NCBI GenBank assembly: GCA_022601395.1
Contig: JAJACS010000005.1
Span: 4,825-68,824 of the forward strand
Direction of reading: 5' to 3'
From: Chlamydiia bacterium
GTDB taxonomy: Bacteria > Chlamydiota > Chlamydiia > Chlamydiales > GCA-2402025
Length of the DNA stretch: 64,000 nucleotides
Below, one piece after another: positions 55,569-63,780 of the stretch. Under the pieces are notes generated by a model. That model was not told where the DNA came from. It ran no database searches and saw only the letters and a program-made list of their open reading frames with translations. The number at the start of each line of letters is the position of its first letter. The stretch's first letter is position 1. The translations under genes and the position numbers were made by a program.

Positions 55569-56591
55569 TTGAAAGAGAAAATATCACAATTAAAAGAGTC
55601 TTTTACTAAGGAATTGGATGGAGCATCTTCATCAGATCAGATACAGAGTATAAAAGTTAAGTATCTTGGAAAGAAAGGACCTATACAGGCGTTGATGCCT
55701 CTCTTAAAAGATTGCACAAGTGAAGAAAGACCTCTTGTTGGCAAGATGATAAACGAGCTGAAGCAAGAGATCTCGGCTCACGTGGAAAATAGGCTTCAGA
55801 CACTACTTCGAAAAGAGCAAGATAATCGAATTTCTTCAGAGAATGTAGACGTAACTCTTCCTGGTAGAAAAAGACATCTTGGAAAAGAGCATCCGATCTC
55901 TTCTATGATGCAGAAAGTTTTAGATATCCTGATCCAAATGGGTTTTTCCGTACAAACCACTCCTGAAATCGAATCTGAATTTTACAATTATGGTGGTTTA
56001 AACTACCCAGAGGATCATCCTGCAAGGGATATGCAAGACACATTCTACCTAACTAAAGACCTTCTTCTACGCTCCCATACTACGTCTATACAGCAAAGAA
56101 TTATGGAGAAACACACACCTCCAATGCGAATCGTTTCTTATGGTAAGTGTTATAGAAATGAGACGATCACAACAAGATCACATGTACTGTTCCATCAAGT
56201 TGATGGGCTTTACATCGATAAGAACGTAACTTTTGCAGATCTGCTTGCTACAAAGAAAGAGTTTTACTCCAAGCTTTTTGAGAAAGATGTAAAAGTTCGC
56301 GTTAGACCCAGTTATTTTCCGTTTGTTGAGCCAGGTATGGAGATTGATATTTCTTGTACTTCTTGCGATGGAAAAGGTTGCAAACTTTGTAAAACGACTG
56401 GTTGGCTGGAAGTTTGTGGAGCTGGTATGGTACACCCTGAAGTGCTTAAACAAGGTGGCTTAGACCCTGAGGTTTACTCCGGCTATGCATGGGGCGGGGG
56501 AATAGAAAGATTGATTATGTTGAAATACGGTATTACAGATATCCGTATGTTTACAGAAAATGACGCAAGATTTTTAGGGCAGTTTGCTTAA
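55569..56591 (+). CDS. pheS: Phenylalanine-tRNA ligase alpha subunit
   Basis: 340 aa. HPARDMQDTFY, RSHTTSIQ, FHQVDGL and the AWGGGIERL class II motifs. The start is TTG, preceded by an AGGAG Shine-Dalgarno 8 nt upstream. pheT does not follow. Confidence 0.95.
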   Translation: MKEKISQLKESFTKELDGASSSDQIQSIKVKYLGKKGPIQALMPLLKDCTSEERPLVGKMINELKQEISAHVENRLQTLLRKEQDNRISSENVDVTLPGRKRHLGKEHPISSMMQKVLDILIQMGFSVQTTPEIESEFYNYGGLNYPEDHPARDMQDTFYLTKDLLLRSHTTSIQQRIMEKHTPPMRIVSYGKCYRNETITTRSHVLFHQVDGLYIDKNVTFADLLATKKEFYSKLFEKDVKVRVRPSYFPFVEPGMEIDISCTSCDGKGCKLCKTTGWLEVCGAGMVHPEVLKQGGLDPEVYSGYAWGGGIERLIMLKYGITDIRMFTENDARFLGQFA

Positions 56592-56672
56592 ACAAGTTTA
56601 GTTGATTTTGCAATGGAGAAAAGGCTGTAGCAAACGATGATTAGTAGCTTAAAAAAAATCTCCTTAAATCAC

Positions 56673-56700
56673 TTGCTTTATACAAATTTTCTCTTATAAT
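56673..56700 (+). promoter_or_regulatory. Sigma70-like promoter for tRNA-Ser
   Basis: TTGCTT (56673-56678), a 16-nt spacer, then TATAAT (56695-56700), 17 nt upstream of the tRNA 5' end. It has the same -35 hexamer as the tRNA-Val promoter. Confidence 0.5.
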
Positions 56701-56717
56701 TTCTAACTTTAGCATTT

Positions 56718-56802
56718 GGAAGAATGGCAGAGCGGCCGAATGCGGCTGTCTTGAAAACAGCTTACGGGAAACCGTACGGGGGTTCGAATCCCTCTTCTTC
56801 CG
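56718..56802 (+). tRNA. tRNA-Ser (anticodon UGA), long variable arm, CCA not encoded
   Basis: Hand-folded. Acceptor GGAAGAA/TTCTTCC plus discriminator G, anticodon stem GCTGT/ACAGC with loop CTTGAAA, variable arm TTACGGGAAACCGTAC, and T arm GGGGG-TTCGAAT-CCCTC. Confidence 0.93.
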
Positions 56803-56836
56803 TCATAGAGCCCTTAGGAATCTCCTCGGGGCTTTT

Positions 56837-57604
56837 TTATACATCCAAATAACACTTAATTAACTTATTCAACTCATTAGGATCTTCTAAGGGTATCCAG
56901 GGACCTACACTATTAGACTTCTCTACTATTAGATTCGTGTAATATTCTTTAATAAGAGACTCTTTTGTAAAACTCTTCTTTGCTTGAATAAGAAGAGTTT
57001 TAGTATTTGACACTTTAAGTGTTGTTTTAGCCCGAGTGTCCCACATAATTAACTGCTCATATATAGAAACTTGTACAGTTGGAGGCGTTTTTACAAAAGC
57101 TGCTGTAGCAAGGCTCTTTTCTTTCTTAGTTCCATTTGGTAAAACCTCATTCACAAGCTTTTTTGCGTAGATGTTTTGATCGATACTTTTTAAATCCTGG
57201 ATATGCTCCTTTACTGATTCAATGACCCATTCTTCCATAAAGATAGGGGGCTCTAGAAGGGTAAGGTATGAAATGAGCCCTGGAAATTTTTGATCAAGGG
57301 CTATGCCGATATTTGCGCCGTAGTTGAGACCAACAAATGCTAGGCCTTTTAATTGAAGTATTTTGCATAGCTTATACACATCATCTGCAAGTTCTTCTAT
57401 TAAGTAGTCTCCAGATGGGGTGTCGCTTTCTCCATGTCCCCTCATATCAATTGAGATCACTCTAGTATTTTTTTGAAAATATTCCGCGATAGATTGCATG
57501 ATTTGGTGGTTGCCACCAGCGTTATGCAGAAGAATAAGGGGAGTGGTCCCTTCTCCGACATCTGTATAAGTTAGATTACCCCATGAAAGCTTTTCTTTTT
57601 TCAT
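56837..57604 (-). CDS. Alpha/beta-hydrolase fold protein with a non-canonical nucleophile elbow (G-L-N-Y-G)
   Basis: 255 aa. LILLHNAGGN oxyanion region and DMRGHGESD. The elbow reads FVGLNYGANIG where G-x-S-x-G is expected. Confidence 0.7.
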   Translation of the reverse strand: MKKEKLSWGNLTYTDVGEGTTPLILLHNAGGNHQIMQSIAEYFQKNTRVISIDMRGHGESDTPSGDYLIEELADDVYKLCKILQLKGLAFVGLNYGANIGIALDQKFPGLISYLTLLEPPIFMEEWVIESVKEHIQDLKSIDQNIYAKKLVNEVLPNGTKKEKSLATAAFVKTPPTVQVSIYEQLIMWDTRAKTTLKVSNTKTLLIQAKKSFTKESLIKEYYTNLIVEKSNSVGPWIPLEDPNELNKLIKCYLDV

Positions 57605-57694
57605 TTACTCCTTCACTACATATTTACTGTTTGCAAAAATTTATTTGAGCTATACATGAAATTAACATAGATTCCAGTTAAAAAAGTGTGACTT

Positions 57695-59056
57695 ATGAAA
57701 TCTCTGCACTACTCTACAGTTGTTAATGCATCGGTTGAAGAACTGTTTTCCTACCATGAGAAAGATTCTGCTCTAAAGAGACTTGTTCCTCCTTTTGATA
57801 CGGTAAAGCTGATACATAAGGAACCGGGGCTCAATGAAGGGACCAAGGCTCATCTGCAGATGAAAATAGGCCCTTTTAAGAAGGATTGGGTTTCCCGTCA
57901 TACAAGTTGCGACAAACCCCATGGATTCGAGGATGAGCAGGTTTTTGGGCCATTCAAGTCATTTAAGCATACCCATAAATTCGTTGATGCAGGAAGCGGC
58001 ACGTCTGAAATGATCGATGAGATCACGTTTAAGAATTATGGCGGGTTTCTTGGTAGATGGTTTTTAGACCGGATGGTTGAAAAAAAGCTCAATCGAACTT
58101 TTGGATATCGTCATAAAACAATCAAAGAAGATTTTAAGCACTTCTCTAAATATGACAAAACTAAGAAGCTGAATGTTCTTGTTTCTGGAGCAAGTGGCTT
58201 TGTAGGTTCATATGTATGTATGTTTCTAAACCTTTGCGGCCATAATGTAAAAAGGCTTGTTCGTAAAAAATCTGATAGCTCATCCGATGTTTATTGGGAT
58301 GTTGAGAAAAAGGAGATAGAGAACGAAAAGTGTGAGGGGATGGATGCTGTTATCCACTTATCTGGTGAAAATGTGGGATCTTCTTTGCGCTGGTCAAAAG
58401 CTAAGAAAGACAGAATTTACAACAGCCGAATCGACTCTACAAAGTTCCTTGTCGATACTTTTAACACTCTTAAGCAGCCTCCGAAAAAGTTCCTTTGTAC
58501 ATCCGCTTTTGGATATTATGGAGTAGAAAGGGAAGAAGAGCTTGTAGAGTCATCAGAGCCAGGAGATAGTTTTCTTGCAAAGGTTTGTAAAGATTGGGAG
58601 GCTGCAGCAAGAGCCTACACTAAGGGAGCATCTATTCAGATGCGTTTTTCAGTGGTTATGGGTCTAAAAGGTAGCATACTTATGAAAGTAGTTCCTGTTT
58701 TTAAGAACTATTTGGGAGCTATTTTAGGAAAAAAGGTAAAATATATGAGCTGGATCTCTGTTGATGATGTTGCTTATCAGATATACCATCTTATTCAATC
58801 AGAAATGAGCGGCCCTGTGAATTTTGCAACGACTCCAATAACGAACCAGGATTTTGCAAATATACTTGGAGGAGTTTTGAAAAGGCCTGTTTTTTGTACC
58901 ATTCCTGAAAAGATCCTTCGTATCCTTTTTGGAGAGATGGGAGAGGATCTGTTTCTTTCAAGTAGAAAGGTGATTCCTAAAGCCTTAAACGAGACAAATG
59001 CACTGATTTCATATCCGGACTTTAAGGAGTTTCTTAAGCATGAGCTTGGGAAGTAG
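57695..59056 (+). CDS. SRPBCC-domain / NAD-dependent epimerase-dehydratase (YfcH-like, TIGR01777-type) fusion protein
   Basis: 453 aa. An N-terminal ~150-aa SRPBCC-like region, then a Rossmann motif VLVSGASGFVGS and a DUF1731-like C-terminus. Confidence 0.75.
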   Translation: MKSLHYSTVVNASVEELFSYHEKDSALKRLVPPFDTVKLIHKEPGLNEGTKAHLQMKIGPFKKDWVSRHTSCDKPHGFEDEQVFGPFKSFKHTHKFVDAGSGTSEMIDEITFKNYGGFLGRWFLDRMVEKKLNRTFGYRHKTIKEDFKHFSKYDKTKKLNVLVSGASGFVGSYVCMFLNLCGHNVKRLVRKKSDSSSDVYWDVEKKEIENEKCEGMDAVIHLSGENVGSSLRWSKAKKDRIYNSRIDSTKFLVDTFNTLKQPPKKFLCTSAFGYYGVEREEELVESSEPGDSFLAKVCKDWEAAARAYTKGASIQMRFSVVMGLKGSILMKVVPVFKNYLGAILGKKVKYMSWISVDDVAYQIYHLIQSEMSGPVNFATTPITNQDFANILGGVLKRPVFCTIPEKILRILFGEMGEDLFLSSRKVIPKALNETNALISYPDFKEFLKHELGK

Positions 59057-59188
59057 AACCTTCCTTTTGCATATGAGTTTTCGTGAGTGCCAAAGTACGT
59101 TAGTCTGTTTTCAAATTTTTATTAAAATTGTTTCTTAACTAAAAAACCTTGGTGTGCTACGAAGAAGAAAGCATCTTAGTGGGTTTGT

Positions 59189-59725
59189 ATGTCACTTGCG
59201 GAATACAAGAAGAAAAGAGATTTTACAAAGACAAAAGAGCCAAGAGCTTTAAAACGTGCTTCTGCAAAAAAGCGTCTTTTTGTCATACAAAAGCACTATG
59301 CGACAAGACTCCACTTTGATTTTAGACTTGAATTTAACGGGGTGTTAAAATCTTGGGCTGTTCCTAAAGGGCTTTCCAAGTCAACAAAAGATAAGCGACT
59401 TGCTGTACAAACTGAAGATCATCCTATGGACTATGCTAAGTTTGAAGGGACGATCCCAAAGGGGCAGTATGGTGCTGGAAAAGTGCTTCAATGGGACATA
59501 GGGGAGTACTACAACACAAAAATAGATGACAAAGGGAAAGAGATTTCCTTTAGGAAGTGTATTCAAGACGGTTACATTGAGATTTACTTAAAAGGTAGAA
59601 GATATAAAGGTCCTTATGCTCTTGTTCATTTTAAAGAGAAAAACTGGTTACTTATTAAGATGAATGAAGAAAAGCTTAAGTTAAGGTATGAAAAAGTTGG
59701 GGTAAAATACTCTTTTGGTAAGTAG
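59189..59725 (+). CDS. Stand-alone LigD-type 3'-phosphoesterase (LigD_N/PE) domain protein
   Basis: 178 aa. FVIQKHYATRLHFDFRLEFNGVLKSWAVPKGLS...KRLAVQTEDHPMDYAKFEGTIPKGQYGAGKVLQWD is almost motif-for-motif the LigD phosphoesterase domain. Confidence 0.85.
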   Translation: MSLAEYKKKRDFTKTKEPRALKRASAKKRLFVIQKHYATRLHFDFRLEFNGVLKSWAVPKGLSKSTKDKRLAVQTEDHPMDYAKFEGTIPKGQYGAGKVLQWDIGEYYNTKIDDKGKEISFRKCIQDGYIEIYLKGRRYKGPYALVHFKEKNWLLIKMNEEKLKLRYEKVGVKYSFGK

Positions 59726-59794
59726 AAATCCTTACGCCTTACTTTTTTTTAATATAAGAAGTGATAAATCTGTCAAAAACATAAAGAGAGAGTT

Positions 59795-60424
59795 ATGAAA
59801 AGCATACACAAAAAAAACCACATCATGCTTGATGCTTTAGATGAGTATCTATCTGTTTGGAATTCTATATCTAAGGATTTCTTGTTTGAGCAAAAAAGGC
59901 AGTACTTAAGTTTTAGAGAGTTTATGCTCAAAGAGGATAAGCCTTTTGAAAGAGCAACAGAAATAGGGCATGTTACAGGTTCTGGTTTTGTGCTTTCTTC
60001 TGATAAGACACACCTTCTTATGAACCATCATAAAAAGCTTGATAAGTGGTTGCAGCTTGGAGGTCATGCAGACTCTAATCCTCATGCTTATGAAGTAGCT
60101 CTTACGGAGTGTCTCGAAGAAAGTTCTCTTCAATCTCTTAAATTTTTCCCTCTTGAGATGCTTGCAGGTATTAGCTGTGTATATCCAGTTGTTTTTGATT
60201 TAGACCGTCATATGATCCCTGAAAAAGGATCAGAAAAAGGGCACTATCACTATGATGTGCGTTATTTACTGATAGCTGATAGAGACGAGCCATTTACAGT
60301 GTCTGATGAGTCTTATGATTTAAAGTGGGTACCTCTTGAAGAGGTTTTAAAACTCAATAATGAACCTTCTATTGAGAGACCTTTAAGAAAGATACAGTAC
60401 CTTATCGATAACTATCTTGATTAA
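59795..60424 (+). CDS. NUDIX-family hydrolase (variant Nudix box)
   Basis: 209 aa. HVTGSGFVLSSDKTHLLMNHHKKLDKWLQLGGHAD...ALTECLEESSL fits GG-x..-(R/T)E-x-xEE-type Nudix box spacing, with some substitutions. Confidence 0.7.
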   Translation: MKSIHKKNHIMLDALDEYLSVWNSISKDFLFEQKRQYLSFREFMLKEDKPFERATEIGHVTGSGFVLSSDKTHLLMNHHKKLDKWLQLGGHADSNPHAYEVALTECLEESSLQSLKFFPLEMLAGISCVYPVVFDLDRHMIPEKGSEKGHYHYDVRYLLIADRDEPFTVSDESYDLKWVPLEEVLKLNNEPSIERPLRKIQYLIDNYLD

Positions 60425-61764
60425 GTAGCGATAGCTTTCAAAGAGTTCACAAGTTTTTTTGCTGTAGGTCTTTTTGATGGTGTTAGTAATTTGCAGCTCT
60501 TTTCAACAGCTCTAAAGGGTTTCTTATCACCTTCTGTCATACTTGAAGCCATTTCTAGCATGAAAGTTATGATCTGTCCAAACGCATAAACGTCTGCACG
60601 TATATCCTGGGGGTGTTTTGCATAATTACTTGGCCAGTATTGATCTGATCCAGCCCAAAAACCTTTGAATTTAGTATCTTTTGATTTTGCCATTTTCTTA
60701 ATGTTCTCTATAGCTTTTGCTGAAGTAGAGATATCAAGGTCGATGATTTTAACTTTTTTGACATTCTTCTTGTTATCGAAAGAAAGAACGATGTTTTCAA
60801 GCTTTAGATCGCAGTTTGCGTCGCCTGCTTTATGCATCGCTAACAAACCTTGCGCGACTTTACATAGAATGTCTTTGAGTCTTGCCTTTGTCATCCAAGT
60901 TTTATGCCCGAATACGAGTTCCTCGAGATCAATTTCATGAAACTCCATCAGACTCGTATTTTTCTTTATGATGGCTTTCTTTGGAGCAGATTGTTCACTA
61001 GAAGTGCTAGGAGTCGTTTCTTCAGTGTCAACTTTCCTTCTTCCATAGTACTCATGATTAAACTGTAGAGGAGGAGGAATGACAAAATCAGACTTGTAAT
61101 CTTTCCCTATTTTGGTCTTTCTTTTCTCAAACGTATAGTCACAACGTTCTGCAAGAAACACCCAACCTTTTTCTGTAAATTTAACAGCTTTTGTAACCCT
61201 TGCCATGCCTCCTATTGCTTTGAAGTCTCCTTTCGGCTTTTTCTTAAGGTGGATGATAATCGCTTTGAGCTTATCTCCACTGCGCTCGAGTGAAAAGGAA
61301 ACTTCGCCCATTTTATATCGTGTAAGAGTGACTTTTTTCGTTCCCATTTTAGGTAGTTTGTCATGTCTTTTGAGGTGTCTTGCGCAGCGCAATACTTTTG
61401 CAAGAAGTGTTGAATGAAGCCTTGTTCTTCTAACGCCTTTTAGGTGTGCATCAAGACTTCCTTCTGTTGTTTCGAGTAGTTTGATTTTATCTTGATCTTC
61501 TAGATACTGCCCCATGGAATGCTCAAAAGTAGTGGTCTCTTTTTTCTTGAGCTTTGCAACGAGTTTTGCGCCAGCATCAGGGTCGTCTACGCTTCCAAGG
61601 TGACTTGCGATACGAAGAACTTTTTCTGATGTATCTTTAGCGATCGTTTTTGCATGGGATCTTCTACAGCCTTTTGGATGAGGAACATCAAAGGTCTCTT
61701 TTGTAGCTACAGCGGTGTACCTACATACTTGAATTACATTTCCAACAGACATACCTTCTCCCAT
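60421..61764 (-). CDS. Eukaryotic-like Ser/Thr protein kinase domain protein, no TM segment or signal peptide (candidate effector or regulator)
   Basis: 447 aa. Catalytic loop CDLKLENIVL, a DFG-equivalent IIDLDIS, C-lobe ADVYAFGQIITFML and PSKRPTAKKL. The glycine-loop/AxK region (IGGMARVTKAVKF) is atypical, and about 170 aa of unknown N-terminal domain precede it. Confidence 0.75.
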   Translation of the reverse strand: MGEGMSVGNVIQVCRYTAVATKETFDVPHPKGCRRSHAKTIAKDTSEKVLRIASHLGSVDDPDAGAKLVAKLKKKETTTFEHSMGQYLEDQDKIKLLETTEGSLDAHLKGVRRTRLHSTLLAKVLRCARHLKRHDKLPKMGTKKVTLTRYKMGEVSFSLERSGDKLKAIIIHLKKKPKGDFKAIGGMARVTKAVKFTEKGWVFLAERCDYTFEKRKTKIGKDYKSDFVIPPPLQFNHEYYGRRKVDTEETTPSTSSEQSAPKKAIIKKNTSLMEFHEIDLEELVFGHKTWMTKARLKDILCKVAQGLLAMHKAGDANCDLKLENIVLSFDNKKNVKKVKIIDLDISTSAKAIENIKKMAKSKDTKFKGFWAGSDQYWPSNYAKHPQDIRADVYAFGQIITFMLEMASSMTEGDKKPFRAVEKSCKLLTPSKRPTAKKLVNSLKAIAT

Positions 61765-61899
61765 TTTGAAACAGGTTCTGATCTAATTGATTCTTGGGGA
61801 GGCTATCATAAAGAATATTTAAAGAATCATTAAATATCAAAAATTCTTAATTATTTAAGTGTTACTAGGTTATTATACCTTTTGAAAAAGGATTGGTCA

Positions 61900-62487
61900 A
61901 TGAATGAATATCAGATAGCTAAGGAACGATTGGCTCAAGGAGAGCTTGTTGCGCTCCCCACAGATACCGTCTATGGGATAGCTGCATTGGCTGATGATAC
62001 CTTAGCTGTTAAAAAGTTATTTGAAATCAGAAAAAGGCCTAAGTCGAATCCTCTGACGATCTGTTTATCTAATGTGGACGACCTAGATTTTTTTTTAGAT
62101 CAGGATCATTTGATAGCAACCACACTTGCAAAGAAGTTCTGGCCGGGGGCACTTACGATCGTTATCCGAGTAAATACAGAGAAAGTAGACCCTCTAATAA
62201 GAGCTGGTTCTGAGTACTGCGGGTTCCGTATTCCTGATTCAAGTCCTTTAAGAGATTTAATAAAAGCGGTTGGTCCTATCGTTCTTCCATCGGCAAATAT
62301 TTCAGGAAATCCTCCTCTAGTAACTCCTGATGAGATCAAAAAGGTTTTTCCAGAGCTCTATGTGGTCGAAGGAGAGTGCGAAAATTCTTCTATACCATCT
62401 ACAGTTGTTAAAGTAGATACTGGTATTACTGTACTAAGAGAAGGGAGTATTACAAAACAAATGCTTGATCAGACTCTAAATCTTTAG
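61900..62487 (+). CDS. tsaC: L-threonylcarbamoyladenylate synthase (TsaC/YrdC)
   Basis: LPTDTVYGIAALA, KKLFEIRKRPKSNPLTI, FWPGALTIV and LPSANISGNPP. The first ATG is at 61900; the track ORF opens at TTG 61882. Confidence 0.88.
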   Translation: MNEYQIAKERLAQGELVALPTDTVYGIAALADDTLAVKKLFEIRKRPKSNPLTICLSNVDDLDFFLDQDHLIATTLAKKFWPGALTIVIRVNTEKVDPLIRAGSEYCGFRIPDSSPLRDLIKAVGPIVLPSANISGNPPLVTPDEIKKVFPELYVVEGECENSSIPSTVVKVDTGITVLREGSITKQMLDQTLNL

Positions 62488-63069
62488 AGCTTCTATGTCT
62501 CTTACTGCAAGGAGTTCTTCGACAGTTGAGCGAATCTTTGGAACTGTAGTAGTTTTTGGTAGAAACCCGCTCATGCCAGCTTTAAAACAATCATCTTTTA
62601 CATCCTCTTCCTTTTCTGATGTGTGAGCCAAGATAATACTTTCTGGATGCATTTTGTGTATGACCCTTGCAGCCCATATCCCGGCTGCTGTCGTGTTCAC
62701 GGGATGACCTTCTTCATCAAGAGAAGAGGCGTCTGTTGGCATGTTAAGATCCATAAAAATCACATCATATTTAGTACTTTTGCAAAGATCTATTGCAATT
62801 TGACCACTTTCTACAGTTTCTAATTTTCTAGGAGCTAGAGATGTATTTACGATTGCTCGGAACGTGTGCCTTATAACTGAGTTATCGTCGACTATAAGAA
62901 CAGTGAGATTTCTCATAGAAAGAGATTGAGGAGCAGAATCACTTCTGTCTTTTGATCTTTTACTTGTTGCTTTTACAGGTGGCACACTTGTTTTAGAGCT
63001 TGAAGAACCGGCTACAGGGGCACTAACAATATTACCTCTTCCATCGCTTACACCAGGTACAGACATCAT
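62476..63069 (-). CDS. Single-domain response regulator (REC only) with a Ser/Pro-rich N-terminal extension
   Basis: 197 aa. VLIVDDN, the phospho-acceptor context VIFMDLNMP, AHTS and FLPK conserved positions. About 55 aa of low-complexity leader; no output domain. Confidence 0.8.
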   Translation of the reverse strand: MMSVPGVSDGRGNIVSAPVAGSSSSKTSVPPVKATSKRSKDRSDSAPQSLSMRNLTVLIVDDNSVIRHTFRAIVNTSLAPRKLETVESGQIAIDLCKSTKYDVIFMDLNMPTDASSLDEEGHPVNTTAAGIWAARVIHKMHPESIILAHTSEKEEDVKDDCFKAGMSGFLPKTTTVPKIRSTVEELLAVRDIEALKI

Positions 63070-63191
63070 CTATCTCCTTATAAATTTTGGCGATAGACCT
63101 TATCAAGCATTAAAGAAAAATAGCAAGCCTTGTAAAGTAAGCTTTAAATAATCATTATTTATTGCTAGAATAGCGCCCATTTAAAACCTAA

Positions 63192-63686
63192 ATGGAGCAC
63201 TTTATGTCTAATGTATATCCAGTAGTTGTTATGGAAACAACAGAAGGGAAAGTCGAAATTACCCTAAAGCCAAATGTAGCCCCAAAAGCATGTGAGAACT
63301 TCACGAAGTTGATTGATAAAAAATATTATGATGGGATTACTTTTCATAGAATTATCAAAGAATTTATGATCCAAGGTGGAGATCCAGAAGGTAATGGTAC
63401 AGGTGGCGAGTCTGTATGGGGGCACCCTTTTGAAGACGAGTACAGCAAAGATGTAACGTTCGATAAGCCTGGGATCCTAGCGATGGCGAATTCAGGCCCA
63501 AACTCTAATGGTAGCCAGTTTTTTATTACTACGGTTGAAACTCCTTGGCTAAACCACAAGCATACGATTTTTGGTGAGGTTACAAGTGGCTATGAGATCG
63601 TACAAAAGATTGAAAACACTGAGACAGATGCAATGGACAGGCCAAAGAAAGGTCTAAAGATTGTAAAGATGTATCTTAAAAAATAA
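63192..63686 (+). CDS. Cyclophilin-type peptidyl-prolyl cis-trans isomerase
   Basis: 164 aa. FHRIIKEFMIQGGDP, GILAMANSGPNSNGSQFFIT and HTIFGEV. Confidence 0.95.
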   Translation: MEHFMSNVYPVVVMETTEGKVEITLKPNVAPKACENFTKLIDKKYYDGITFHRIIKEFMIQGGDPEGNGTGGESVWGHPFEDEYSKDVTFDKPGILAMANSGPNSNGSQFFITTVETPWLNHKHTIFGEVTSGYEIVQKIENTETDAMDRPKKGLKIVKMYLKK

Positions 63687-63706
63687 TCTTATACATCTAT
63701 ATATAA

Positions 63707-63771
63707 CTAATTTGTTTAGTTTTTGTTTATCATTACTTTTACTATAATGCTTCTCAAAAACTAAACATTAG
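63707..63771. repeat. Long AT-rich inverted repeat flanking a TATAAT hexamer
   Basis: The arms are ctaatttgtttagtttttg (63707-63725) and caaaaactaaacattag (63755-63771). A perfect 13-bp core (63713-63725/63755-63767) is followed by 4 more bp after a 2-nt bulge. The 29-nt spacer contains TATAAT at 63743-63748. Confidence 0.6.
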
Positions 63772-63780
63772 GATCTTTTT

